Positions 23,056-38,100 of a stretch of 63,048 bases of DNA are shown one piece after another. Numbering within the stretch: position 1 is the first letter of the stretch; every line of letters starts with the position of its first letter. This stretch comes from Nemertoderma westbladi. Its lineage: Eukaryota; Animalia; Xenacoelomorpha. The translations under genes were made by a program, and so were the position numbers. The DNA lies in NCBI GenBank assembly GCA_032718475.1, contig JAUCBJ010000449.1:1-63048 (forward strand). Direction: 5' to 3'. The notes beneath the pieces were generated by a model. It saw nothing but the letters and a program-made list of their open reading frames with translations, made no database searches and was not told the origin of the DNA.

Positions 23056-26000
23056 CACCAAAATATTAAGCGATGAAATCCGCAAAGCCTTTAAATACGT
23101 TATAGGGTGGTGGGTGGGGCTAGTGGTTAGTGTTTATACATAGTTAGGTAATGATTGTATATATAGCGAGTTGTTAAAAAAGGGAATGGGATATAATTTT
23201 ATGTTACAAAAGACTATGAATTTAGATCTATAGAGTTGTTAAAAAAGGGAATGGGATATAATTTTATGTTACAAAAGACTATGAATTTAGATCTATAGAG
23301 TTACGAATATACACTAACGCCACCTTTTAGCGTAGCGTAGGGGAGGAATACAATTAGTTGGAATCTATGTATGGGGAATATAGCGGAACAACTATGTACG
23401 AGATACTTCTTCGACTAATAGAACAATAACTATAGCTCTTTAAACTAATTCTAGAACTGCATTTACCTACTAAAAAAAACAATTAAATACTAATTAATGA
23501 AAAATAAATGATAAAAAAACTATCATCACTGGATGATAGAGGATGTTTTTTAACCGCCGTAAGGCGGAAAAGGGCTTTAGCCCTCACTAACCACTACCAC
23601 CTCCTCACCCAATACTAAAATCCGGGAATATGATACGAAAGGGGGTATACTTGGGCGAGTTAGGGTATAAGGGGGCGCTTAGGGGGGAAGCCGACCATCC
23701 CAGTAGGTGGATAGACCCCCTATTAACTTTCTAAATTTTGATTTCGAGCGAATCCGACCGACGGTTTTCGAGTTGGGCCCAATGGAACGTTTTAGAAATT
23801 TGAATTTCCCGCCAAACGCTACAGCCAAACTGGCTATAGATGGAGACTAGCGGCCAACGGGATCGCGTAGGGGGTATAGATGTTAGTCCAGCTCATTCTT
23901 TTTTTGGAACGACTCGACCTATAGGGGCCGATCGGTAGCTGATCGAACACGATCTTTACGATCTTTGGCGAAATACGACCGGAAGGAGTGGGAATTTGAG
24001 AAAAGTTTGAAAGTAGAAAATGTTCCTCACCCCCGAATTATGCTAGACGGACCCGATAAAAATTTGAAAAAAATTAATTCTAGGGGGTCTACGGGGCCAA
24101 CGAAGCTTTCCGATTGGACGATATTATTTTCGCCTATTACTACGGGAAGGAACGGTTTTAAGTTAAAACATGTACAAGAGATATGGTCGGGAAGCTCGAG
24201 CTCTATCCAACGGAAGCGGTCCCGGGATCGTAAATTAAGAAGTTCTCGAGATATAGAGGAAAATTAACGAGTCGTTAAAAAATGCAGTAATTAGCAATTA
24301 GCGCTAATTAAGAGCGAATTAATTAATCGAATCTCGAAATTAACGGTGCCAATCGATGGGAAACAACGAGAGGAGCTCGCCAATTTTTTAAATTTTCGAA
24401 AAGACCCAGCGGAAGCCGAGATAAATGGATTTTCGTGAAATCGGGGTCCCGACCGCCAAGTTGAATATCAGCGTCGAATCGCCACCTTTGGGAAGTAGGC
24501 GAAAATATACCGAAAAAGCAAAACGAGCGATATTGATTTAAAATTCGAAACTTTTTGGTCGATACGGGTTCGCTAGTGGACGATATTCACAATTTTAGTT
24601 TATTTACCCAAAAGGGTCATTTTTATGATCTTTGATCATGATCTTTATGATCTTTGGCCTAAAGCATGGAATAAGAGTATTTTTATATTAAATTGTAATT
24701 CGTACATTATAAGCAAAGTCTATGGGGACATTGTCAGACATACTTTAAAATTTATCTTTGAAATTTAAATCATTTGTTCACCCAGCCATGCAATGGCTGG
24801 GTGAACCACCAAAATATTAAGAGATGAAATCCGCAAAGCCTTTAAATACATTATAGGGTGGTGGGTGGGGCTAGTGGTTAGTGTTTATACATAGTTAGGT
24901 AATGATTGTATATATAGCGAGTTGTTAAAAAAGGGAATGGATATAACTTTATGTTACAAAAGACTATGAATTTAGATCTATCGAGTTACGAATATACACT
25001 ATCGCCACCTTTTAGCGTAGCGTAGGGGAGGAATACAATTAGTTGGAATCTATGTGTGGGGAATATAGCGGAACAACTATGTACGAGATACTTCTTCGAC
25101 TTCTACAGTAGAACAATTACTATAGCTCTTTAAACTAATTCTAGAACTCCGTTTACCTACTAAAAAAACAAATAAATATAATTAAATTAATAATAATAAT
25201 AATAATAATACAAATTAATAATACTAAGCTAACTGATCAAGAATAAATGATAAAAAAACTACATCACTGGATGACAGAGGATGTTTTTTAACCGCCGTAA
25301 GGCGGAAAAGGGCTTTAGCCCTCACTAACCGCTACCACCTCCTCACCCAATGCTAAAATCCGGGAATATTGTACCGAAGGGGGTATACTTGGGCGAGTTA
25401 GGGTATAAGGGGGCGCTTAGGGGGGAAGCCGACCATCCCAGTAGGTGGATAGACCCCCTATTAACTTTCTAAATTTTGATTTCGAGCGAATCCGACCGAC
25501 GGTTTTCGAGTTGGGCCCAATGGAACGTTTTAGAAATTTGAATTTCCCGCCAAACGCTACAGCCAAACTGGCAATAGATGGAGACTAGCGGCCAACGGGA
25601 TCGCGTAGGGGGTATAGATGTTAGTCCAGCTCATTCTTTTTTTGGAACGACTCGACCTATAGGGGCCGATCGGTAGCTGATCAAACACGATCTTTACGAT
25701 CTTTGGCGAAATACGACCGGAAGGAGTGGGAATTTGGGAAAAGTTTGAAAGTAGAAAATGTTCCTCACCCCCGAATTATGCTAGACGGACCCGATAAAAA
25801 TTTGAAAAAAATTAATTCTAGGGGGTCTACGGGGCCAACGAAGCTTTCCGATTGGACGATATTATTTTCGCCTATTACTACGGGAAGGAACGGTTTTAAG
25901 TTAAAACATGTACAAGAGATATGGTCGGGAAGCTCGAGCTCTATCCAACGGAAGCGGTCCCGGGATCGTAAATTAAGAAGTTCTCGAGATATAGAGGATA

Positions 26001-29000
26001 ATTAACGAGTCGTTAAAAAATGCAGTAATTAGCAATTAGCGCTAATTAAGAGCGATTTAATTAATCGAATCTCGAAATTAACGGTGCCAATCGATGGCAA
26101 ACAACGAGAGGAGCTCGCCAATTTTTTAAATTTTCGAAAAGACCCAGCGGAAGCCGAGATAAATGGATTTTTGTAAAATCGGGGTCCCGACCACCAAGTC
26201 GAATATCAGCGTCGAATCATCACCTTTGGGAAGTAGGCGAAAATATACCGAAAAAGCAAAATGAGCGATATTGATTTAAAATTCGAAACTTTTTGGTCGA
26301 TACGGGTTCGCTAGTGGACGATATACACTATTTTAGTCAATTTGCCCAAAAGGGTCATTTTTATGATCTTTGATCATGATCTTTATGATCTTTGGCCTAA
26401 AGCATGGAATATGAGTATTTTCATATTTTATATTAATTAATACATTGTACGCAAAGTCTATGGGGACATTTCCAGACATACTTTCACATTTATCTTTGAA
26501 ATTTAAATCATTTGTTCACCCAGCCATGCAATGGCTGGGTGAACCACCCAAATATTAAGCGATGAAATCCACAAAGCCTTTAAATACATTATAGGGTGGT
26601 GGGTGGGGCTAGTGGTTAGTGTTTATACATAGTTAGGTAATGATTGTATGTATATATAGCAATTTGTTAAAAAAGGGAATGGATATAACTTTATGTTACA
26701 TAAGACAGTAAATTTCAATATTCCAATTTACGAATACACACTATAGCCACCTTTTAGGGTAGGGGAGAATACAACTGGTTATAGCGGAATAACTATGTAC
26801 GAGATACTTCTCTGACTTCTACAGTAGAACAATTACAGTACTATAGCTCTTTAAACTAATTCTAGAACTCCGTTTACCTACAAAAAAACAAATAAATATA
26901 ATTAAATTTATAATAATAATAATAATAATAACAAGGTCTACTAAAATATACACAAGCTATACTGATCAAGAATAAATGATAAAAAAACTCACATCACTGG
27001 ATGATAGAGGATGTTTTTTAACCGCCGTAAGGCGGAAAAGGGCTTTAGCCCTCACTAACCACTACCACCTCCTCACCCAATGCTAAAATCCGGGAATATG
27101 TACCGAAAGGGGGTATACTTGGGCGAGTTAGGGTATAAGGGGGCGCTTAGGGGGGAAGCCGACCATCCCAGTAGGTGGATAGACCCCCTATTAACTTTCT
27201 AAATTTTGATTTCGAGCGAATCCGACCGACGGTTTTCGAGTTGGGCCCAATGGAACGTTTTAGAAATTTGAATTTCCCGCCAAACGCTACAGCCAAACTG
27301 GCTATAGATGGAGACTAGCGGCCAACGGGATCGCGTAGGGGGTATAGATGTTAGTCCAGCTCATTCTTTTTTTGGAACGACTCGACCTATAGGGGCCGAT
27401 CGGTAGCTGATCGAACACGATCTTTACGATCTTTGGCGAAATACGACCGGAAGGAGTGGGAATTTGGGAAAAGTTTGAAAGTAGAAAATGTTCCTCACCC
27501 CCGAATTATGCTAGACGGACCCGATAAAAATTTGAAAAAAATTAATTCTAGGGGGTCTACGGGGCCAACGAAGCTTTCCGATTGGACGATATTATTTTCG
27601 CCTATTACTACGGGAAGGAACGGTTTTAAGTTAAAACATGTACAAGAGATATGGTCGGGAAGCTCGAGCTCTATCCAACGGAAGCGGTCCCGGGATCGTA
27701 AATTAAGAAGTTCTCGAGATATAGAGGAAAATTAACGAGTCGTTAAAAAATGCAGTAATTAGCAATTAGCGCTAATTAAGAGCGAATTAATTAATCGAAT
27801 CTCGAAATTAACGGTGCCAATCGATGGGAAACAACGAGAGGAGCTCGCCAATTTTTTAAATTTTCGAAAAGACCCAGCGGAAGCCGAGATAAATGGATTT
27901 TCGTAAAATCGGGGTCCCGACCACCAAGTCGAATATCGGAGGCGAATCGCCACCTTTGGGAAATAGGCGAAAATATACCGAAAAAGCAAAACGAGCGATA
28001 TTGATTTAAAATTCGAAACTTTTTGGTCGATACGGGTTCGCTAGTGGACGATATACACTATTTTAGTCAATTTATCCAAAAGGGTCATTTTTATGATCTT
28101 TGATCATGATCTTTATGATCTTTGGCCTAAAGCATGGAATATGAGTATTTTCCTATTTTATATTAATTCATACATTGTAAGCAAAGTCTATGGGGACATT
28201 TCCAGACATACATTCACATTTATCTTTGAAATTTTAATCATTTGTTCACCCAGCCATGCAATGGCTGGGTGAACCACCAAAATATTAAGCGATGAAATCC
28301 GCAAAGCCTTTAAATACATTATAGGGTGGTGGGTGGGGCTAGTGGTTAGTGTTTATACATAGTTAGGTAATGATTGTATATATAGCGAGTTGTTAAAACA
28401 GGGAATGAATATAACTTTATGTTACATAAGACAGTAAATTTCGATATTCCGATTTACAAATACACACTATCGCCACCTTTTAGGGTAGGGGAGAATACAA
28501 CTGGTTATAGCGGAATAACTATGTACGAGATACTTCTTCGACTTCTACATTAGAACAATTATAGTACAGTACTATAGCTCTTTAAACTAATTCTAGAACT
28601 CCGTTTACCTACTAAAAAACAAATAAATATAATTAAATTTATAATAATAATAATAATAATAACAAGGTCTACTAAAATATACACAAGCTATACTGATCAA
28701 GAATAAATGATAAAAAAACTCACATCACTGGATGACAGAGGTTGTTTTTTAACCGCCGCAAGGCGGAAAAGGGCTTTAGCCCTCACTAACAACTATGGAT
28801 TCCTCACCACGTATAATAATCCATGTTGTTTAGTCAGAAAAGGGTATAGTTGGGCGAGTTAGGGTATAAGGGGACGCTTAGGGGGGAAGCCAACCATCCC
28901 AGTAGGTGGATAGACCCCCTATTAACTTTCTAAATTTTGATTTCGAGCGAATCCGACCGACGGTTTTCGAGTTGGGGCCAATTGAACGTTTTTGAAATTT

Positions 29001-32000
29001 GAATTTCCCGCCAAACGCTACAGCCAAACTGGCTATAGATGGAGACTAGCGGCCAACGGGATCGCGTAGGGGGTATAGATGTTAGTCCAGCTCATTCTTT
29101 TTTTGGAACGACTCGACCTATAGGGGCCGATCGGTAGCTGATCGAACACGATCTTTACGATCTTTGGCGAAATACGACCGGAAGGAGTGGGAATTTGAGA
29201 AAAGTTTGAAAGTAGAAAATGTTCCTCACCCCCGAATTATGCTAGACGGACCCGATAAAAATTTGAAAAAAATTAATTCTAGGGGGTCTACGGGGCCAAC
29301 GAAGCTTTCCGATTGGACGATATTATTTTCGCCTATTACTACGGGAAGGAACGGTTTTAAGTTAAAACATGTACAAGAGATATGGTCGGGAAGCTCGAGC
29401 TCTATCCAACGGAAGCGGTCCCGGGATCGTAAATTAAGAAGTTCTCGAGATATAGAGGAAAATTAACGAGTCGTTAAAAAATGCAGTAATTAGCAATTAG
29501 CGCTAATTAAGAGCGAATTAATTAATCGAATCTCGAAATTAACGGTGCCAATCGATGGGAAATAACGAGAGGAGCTCGCCAATTTTTTAAATTTTCGAAA
29601 AGACCCAGCGGAAGCCGAGATAAATGGATTTTCGTAAAATCGGGGTCCCGACCACCAAGTCGAATATCAGCGTCGAATCATCACCTTTGGGAAGTAGGCG
29701 AAAATATACCGAAAAAGCAAAATGAGCGATATTGATTTAAAATTCGAAACTTTTTGGTCGATACGGGTTCGCTAGTGGACGATAAACACAATTTTAGTCA
29801 ATTTGCCCAAAAGGGTCATTTTTATGATCTTTGATCATGATCTTTATGATCTTTGGCCTAAAGCATGGAATATGAGTATTTTCATATTTTATATTAATTA
29901 ATACAATGTACGCAAAGTCTATGGGGACATTTCCAGACATACTTTCACATTTATCTTTGAAATTTAAATCATTTGTTCACCCAGCCATGCAATGGCTGGG
30001 TGAACCACCCAAATATTAAGCGATGAAATCCACAAAGCCTTTAAATACATTATAGGGTGGTGGGTGGGGCTAGTGGTTAGTGTTTATACATAGTTAGGTA
30101 ATGATTGTATATATAGCAATTTGTTAAAAAAGGGAATGGATATAGCTTTATGTTACATAAGACAGTAAATTTTGATTTTCCGAGTCACGAATATACACCA
30201 TGGTCACCATTTAGAATAGGCGAGAATACAACTAATTCGAATCCATGTGTTGGGAATATAGTGGAACAACTACATACAAGATACTTCTTCGACTACTAGA
30301 ACCATTAACTATAGCTCTTCAAACTAATTCTAGAACAACTTTTACCTACTAAAAAAACCAATAAAATATAATTAAACCTATATAATAATAAAAATATAAT
30401 AATAATAAGGCCAATTAAGCTACACTGATCAAGAATAAATGATAAAAAAACGATATCACTGGATGACAGAGGTTGTTTTTTTACCGCCGCAAGGCGGAAA
30501 AGGGCTTTAGCCCTCACTAACTACTATATACACCTCACCCAATACTAAAAATCCGGGAATGTGGAAGAAAGGGGGGTAGATGGGCGAGTTAGGGTATAAG
30601 GGGGCGCTTAGGGGGCAAGCCGACTATCCCAGTAGGTGGATAGACCCCCTATTAACTTTCTAAATTTTGATTTCGAGCGAATCCGACCGACGGTTTTCGA
30701 GTTGGGCCCAATGGAACGTTTTAGAAATTTGAATTTCCCGCCAAACGCTACAGCCAAACTGGCTATAGATGGAGACTAGCGGCCAACGGGATCGTGTAGG
30801 GGGTATAGATGTTAGTCCAGCTCATTCTTTTTTTGGAACGACTCGACCTATAGGGGCCGATCGGTAGCTGATCGAACACGATCTTTACGATCTTTGGCGA
30901 AATACGACCGGAAGGAGTGGGAATTTGAGAAAAGTTTGAAAGTAGAAAATGTTCCTCACCCCCGAATTATGCTAGACGGACCCGATAAAAATTTGAAAAA
31001 AATTAATTCTAGGGGGTCTACGGGGCCAACGAAGCTTTCCGATTGGACGATATTATTTTCGCCTATTACTACGGGAAGGAACGGTTTTAAGTTAAAACAT
31101 GTACAAGAGATATGGTAGGGAAGCTCGAGCTCTATCCAACGGAAGCGGTCCCAGGATCGTAAATTAAGAAGTTCTCGAGATATGGAGGAAAATTAACGAA
31201 TCGTTAAAAAATGCAGTAATTAGCAATTAGCGCTAATTAAGAGCGAATTAATAAATCGAATCTCGAAATTAACGGTGCTAATCGATGGGAAACAACGGGA
31301 GGAGCTCGCCAATTTTTTAAATTTTCGAAAAGACCCAGCGGAAGCCGAGATAAATGGATTTTCGTAAAATTGGGCTCCCGACCACCTAGTCGAATATCTG
31401 AGGCGAATCGCCACCTTTGGGAAATAGGCGAAAATATACCGAAAAAGCAAAATGAGCGATATTGATTTAAAATTCGAAACTTTTTGGTCGATACGGGTTC
31501 GCTAGTGGACGATATACACTATTTTAGTCAATTTATCCAAAAGGGTCATTTTTATGATCTTTGATCATGATCTTTATGATCTTTGGCCTAAAGCATGGAA
31601 TAAGAGTATTTTTATATTAAATTGTAATTGTACGATATAAGCAAAGTCTATGGGGACATTTTCAGACATACTTTAAGATTTATCTTTGAAATTTAAATCA
31701 TTTGTTCACCCAGCCATGCAATGGCTGGGTGAACCACCAAAATATTAAGCGATGATATCCGCAAAGCCTTTAAATATATTATAGGGTGGTGGGTGGGGCT
31801 AGTGGTTAGTGTTTATACATAGTTAGGTAATGATTGTATATATAGCGAGTTGTTAAAACAGGGAATGAATATAACTTTATGTTACATAAGACAGTAAATT
31901 TCGATATTCCGATGTACAAATACACACTATCGCCACCTTTTAGGGTAGGGGAGAATACAACTGGTTATAGCGGAATAACTATGTACGAGATACTTCTTCG

Positions 32001-32095
32001 ACTTCTACATTAGAACAATTATAGTACTATAGCTCTTTAAACTAATTCTAGAACTCCGTTTACCTACTAAAAAACAAATAAATATAATTAAATTT

Positions 32096-32126
<31 letters not shown>

Positions 32127-35100
32127 GGTCTATTAAAATATACACAAGCTATACTGATCAAGAATAAATGATAAAAAAAACTATATCACTGGATGATAGA
32201 GGATGTTTTTTAACCGCCGTAAGGCGGAAAAGGGCTTTAGCCCTCACTAACCACTACCACCGCCTCACCCAATTCAATAAACGGGGAACTATATACGGAA
32301 AAGGGTATAGTTGGGCGAGATAGGGTATAAGGGGGCGCTTAGGGGGGAAGCCGACCATCCCAGTAGGTGGATAGACCCCCTATTAACTTTCTAAATTTTG
32401 ATTTCGAGCGAATCCGACCGACGGTTTTCGAGTTGGGCCCAATGGAACGTTTTAGAAATTTGAATTTCCCGCCAAAAGCTACGGCCAAGCTACAGCCAAA
32501 CTGGCTATAGATGGAGACTAGCGGCCAACGGGATCGCGTAGGGGGTATAGATGTTAGTCCAGCTCATTCTTTTTTTGGAACGACTCGACCTATAGGGGCC
32601 GATCGGTAGCTGATCGAACACGATCTTTACGATCTTTGGCGAAATACGACTGGAAGGAGTGGGAATTTGAGAAAAGTTTCAAAGTAGAAAATGTTCCTCA
32701 CCCCCGAATTATGCTAGACGGACCCGATAAAAATTTGAAAAAAATTAATTCTAGGGGGTCTACGGGGCCAACGAAGCTTTCCGATTGGACGATATTATTT
32801 TCGCCTATTACTACGGGAAGGAACGGTTTTAAGTTAAAACATGTACAAGAGATATGGTCGGGAAGCTCGAGCTCTATCCAACGGAAGCGGTCCCGGGATC
32901 GTAAATTAAGAAGTTCTCGAGATATAGAGGAAAATTAAAGACTCGTTAAAAAATGCAGTAATTAGCAATTAGCGCTAATTAAGAGCGAATTAATTAATCG
33001 AATCTCGAAATTAACGGTGCCAATCGATGGCAAACAACGAGAGGAGCTCGCCAATTTTTTAAATTTTCGAAAAGACCCAGCGGAAGCCGAGATAAATAGA
33101 TTTTCGTAAAATCGGGGTCCCGACCACCAAGTCGAATATCGGAGGCGAATCGCCACCTTTGGGAAGTAGGCGAAAATATACCGAAAAAGCAAAATGAGCG
33201 ATATTGATTTAAAATTCGAAACTTTTTGGTCGATACGGGTTCGCTAGTGGACGATATACACTATTTTAGTCAATTTATCCAAAAGGGTCATTTTTATGAT
33301 CTTTGATCATGATCTTTATGATCTTTGGCCTAAAGCATGGAATAAGAGTATTTTTATATTAAATTGTAATTCGTACATTATAAGCAAAGTCTATGGGGAC
33401 ATTTTCAGACATACTTTATAGTTTATCTTTGAAATTTAAATCATTTGTTCACCCAGCCATGCAATGGCTGGGTGAACCACCAAAATATTAAGCGATGAAA
33501 TCCGCAAAGCCTTTAAATACGTTATAGGGTGGTGGGTGGGGCTAGTGGTTAGTGTTTATACATAGTTAGGTAATGATTGTATATATAGCGAGTTTTTAAA
33601 AAAGGGAATGGGATATAATTTTATGTTACAAAAGACTATGAATTTAGATCTATAGAGTTGTTAAAAAAGGGAATGGGATATAATTTTATGTTACAAAAGA
33701 CTATGAATTTAGATCTATAGAGTTACGAATATACACTAACGCCACCTTTTAGCGTAGCGTAGGGGAGGAATACAATTAGTTGGAATCTATGTATGGGGAA
33801 TATAGCGGAACAACTATGTACGAGATACTTCTTCGACTAATAGAACAATAACTATAGCTCTTTAAACTAATTCTAGAACTGCATTTACCTACTAAAATAA
33901 ACAATTAAATACTAATTAATGAAAAATAAATGATAAAAAAACTCACATCACTGGATGATAGAGGATGTTTTTTAACCGCCGTAAGGCGGAAAAGGGCTTT
34001 AGCCCTCACTAACCACTACCACCGCCTCACCCAATTCAATAAACGGGGAACTATATACGGAAAAGGGTATAGTTGGGCGAGATAGGGTATAAGGGGGCGC
34101 TTAGGGGGGAAGCCGACCATCCCAGTAGGTGGATAGACCCCCTATTAACTTTCTAAATTTTGATTTCGAGCGAATCCGACCGACGGTTTTCGAGTTGGGC
34201 CCAATGGAACGTTTTAGAAATTTGAATTTCCCGCCAAAAGCTACGGCCAAGCTACAGCCAAACTGGCTATAGATGGAGACTAGCGGCCAACGGGATCGCG
34301 TAGGGGGTATAGATGTTAGTCCAGCTCATTCTTTTTTTGGAACGACTCGACCTATAGGGGCCGATCGGTAGCTGATCGAACACGATCTTTACGATCTTTG
34401 GCGAAATACGACTGGAAGGAGTGGGAATTTGAGAAAAGTTTCAAAGTAGAAAATGTTCCTCACCCCCGAATTATGCTAGACGGACCCGATAAAAATTTGA
34501 AAAAAATTAATTCTAGGGGGTCTACGGGGCCAACGAAGCTTTCCGATTGGACGATATTATTTTCGCCTATTACTACGGGAAGGAACGGTTTTAAGTTAAA
34601 ACATGTACAAGAGATATGGTCGGGAAGCTCGAGCTCTATCCAACGGAAGCGGTCCCGGGATCGTAAATTAAGAAGTTCTCGAGATATAGAGGAAAATTAA
34701 AGACTCGTTAAAAAATGCAGTAATTAGCAATTAGCGCTAATTAAGAGCGAATTAATTAATCGAATCTCGAAATTAACGGTGCCAATCGATGGCAAACAAC
34801 GAGAGGAGCTCGCCAATTTTTTAAATTTTCGAAAAGACCCAGCGGAAGCCGAGATAAATAGATTTTCGTAAAATCGGGGTCCCGACCACCAAGTCGAATA
34901 TCGGAGGCGAATCGCCACCTTTGGGAAGTAGGCGAAAATATACCGAAAAAGCAAAATGAGCGATATTGATTTAAAATTCGAAACTTTTTGGTCGATACGG
35001 GTTCGCTAGTGGACGATATACACTATTTTAGTCAATTTATCCAAAAGGGTCATTTTTATGATCTTTGATCATGATCTTTATGATCTTTGGCCTAAAGCAT

Positions 35101-38100
35101 GGAATAAGAGTATTTTTATATTAAATTGTAATTCGTACATTATAAGCAAAGTCTATGGGGACATTTTCAGACATACTTTATAGTTTATCTTTGAAATTTA
35201 AATCATTTGTTCACCCAGCCATGCAATGGCTGGGTGAACCACCAAAATATTAAGCGATGAAATCCGCAAAGCCTTTAAATACGTTATAGGGTGGTGGGTG
35301 GGGCTAGTGGTTAGTGTTTATACATAGTTAGGTAATGATTGTATATATAGCGAGTTTTTAAAAAAGGGAATGGGATATAATTTTATGTTACAAAAGACTA
35401 TGAATTTAGATCTATAGAGTTGTTAAAAAAGGGAATGGGATATAATTTTATGTTACAAAAGACTATGAATTTAGATCTATAGAGTTACGAATATACACTA
35501 ACGCCACCTTTTAGCGTAGCGTAGGGGAGGAATACAATTAGTTGGAATCTATGTATGGGGAATATAGCGGAACAACTATGTACGAGATACTTCTTCGACT
35601 AATAGAACAATAACTATAGCTCTTTAAACTAATTCTAGAACTGCATTTACCTACTAAAATAAACAATTAAATACTAATTAATGAAAAATAAATGATAAAA
35701 AAACTCACATCACTGGATGATAGAGGATGTTTTTTAACCGCCGCAAGGCGGAAAAGGGCTTTAGCCCTCACTAACCACTACCACCGCCTCACCCAATTCA
35801 ATAAACGGGGAACTATATACGGAAAAGGGTATACTTGGGCGAGTTAGGGTATAAGGGAGCGCTTAGGGGGGAAGCCGACTATCCCAGTAGGTGGATAGAC
35901 CCCCTATTAACTTTCTAAATTTTGATTTCGAGCGAATCCGACCGACGGTTTTCGAGTTGGGCCCAATGGAACGTTTTAGAAATTTGAATTTCCCGCCAAA
36001 AGCTACAGCCGAGCTACAGCCAAACTGGCTATAGATGGAGACTAGCGGCCAACGGGATCGCGTAGGGGGTATAGATGTTAGTCCAGCTCATTCTTTTTTT
36101 GGAACGACTCGACCTATAGGGGCCGATCGGTAGCTGATCGAACACGATCTTTACGATCTTTGGCGAAATACGACCGGAAGGAGTGGGAATTTGAGAAAAG
36201 TTTGAAAGTAGAAAATGTTCCTCATCCCCGAATTATGCTAGACGGACCCGATAAAAATATGAAAAAAATTAATTCTAGGGGGTCTACGGGGCCAACGAAG
36301 CTTTCCGATTGGACGATATTATTTTCGCCTATTACTACGGGAAGGAACGGTTTTAAGTTAAAACATGTACAAGAGATATGGTCGGGAAGCTCGAGCTCTA
36401 TCCAACGGAAGCGGTCCCGGGATCGTAAATTAAGAAGTTCTCGAGATATAGAGGAAAATTAACGAGTCGTTAAAAAATGCAGCAATTAGCAATTAGCGCT
36501 AATTAAGAGCGAATTAATTAATCGAATCTCGAAATTAACGGTGCCAATCGATGGGAAACAACGAGAGGAGCTCGCCAATTTTTTAAATTTTCAAAAAGAC
36601 CCAGCGGAAGCCGAGATAAATGGATTTTCGTGAAATCGGGGTCCCAACCGCCAAGTCGAATATCAGCATCGAATCGCCACCTTTGGGAAGTAGGCGAAAA
36701 TATACCGAAAAAGCAAAACGAGCGATATTGATTTAAAATTCGAAACTTTTTGGTCGACACGGGCTCGCTAGTGGATGATATACACTATTTTAGTCAATTT
36801 GTCCAAAAGGGTCATTTTTATTATCTTTGATCATGATCTTTATGATCTTTGGCCTAAAGCATGGAATATGAGTATTTTCATATTTTATATTAATTCATAC
36901 ATTGTACGCAAAGTCTATGGGGACATTTCCAGACATACTTTCATATTTATCTTTGAAATTTAAATCATTTGTTCACCCAGCCATGCAATGGCTGGGTGAA
37001 CCACCAAAATATTAAGAGATGAAATCCGCAAAGCCTTTAAATACATTATAGGGTGGTGGGTGGGGCTAGTGGTTAGTGTTTATACATAGTTAGGTAATGA
37101 TTGTATATATAGCGAGTTGTTAAAAAAGGGAATGGATATAACTTTATGTTACAAAAGACTATGAATTTAGATCTATCGAGTTACGAATATACTCTATCGC
37201 CACCTTTTAGCGTAGCGTAGGGGAGGAATACAATTAGTTGGAATCTATGTGTGGGGAATATAGCGGAACAACTATGTACGAGATACTTCTTCGACTTCTA
37301 CAGTAGAACAATTAGTATAGTTCTTTAAACTAATTTTAGAACTCCGTTTACCTACTAAAAAACAAATAAATATAATTAAATTTATAATAATAATAATAAT
37401 AATAACAAGGTCTACTAAAATATACAAGCTATACTGATCAAGAATAAATGATAAAAAAACTATCATCACTGGATGACAGAGGATGTTTTTTAACCGCCGT
37501 AAGGCGGAAAAGGGCTTTAGCCCTCACTAACCGCTACCACCTCCTCACCCAATGCTAAAATCCGGGAATATTGTACCGAAGGGGGTATACTTGGGCGAGT
37601 TAGGGTATAAGGGGGCGCTTAGGGGGGAAGCCGACCATCCCAGTAGGTGGATAGACCCCCTATTAACTTTCTAAATTTTGATTTCGAGCGAATCCGACCG
37701 ACGGTTTTCGAGTTGGGCCCAATGGAACGTTTTAGAAATTTGAATTTCCCGCCAAACGCTACAGCCAAACTGGCAATAGATGGAGACTAGCGGCCAACGG
37801 GATCGCGTAGGGGGTATAGATGTTAGTCCAGCTCATTCTTTTTTTGGAACGACTCGACCTATAGGGGCCGATCGGTAGCTGATCAAACACGATCTTTACG
37901 ATCTTTGGCGAAATACGACCGGAAGGAGTGGGAATTTGGGAAAAGTTTGAAAGTAGAAAATGTTCCTCACCCCCGAATTATGCTAGACGGACCCGATAAA
38001 AATTTGAAAAAAATTAATTCTAGGGGGTCTACGGGGCCAACGAAGCTTTCCGATTGGACGATATTATTTTCGCCTATTACTACGGGAAGGAACGGTTTTA

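Noticed and set aside
23209-23235. U3 snoRNA 5'-like AAGACTAT...GATC...CTATAG; also 5S- and SL-RNA-like words in the unit
   Set aside because: These are short resemblances, the U3-like one lies in a non-conserved module, and the downstream conserved boxes or structures are absent.
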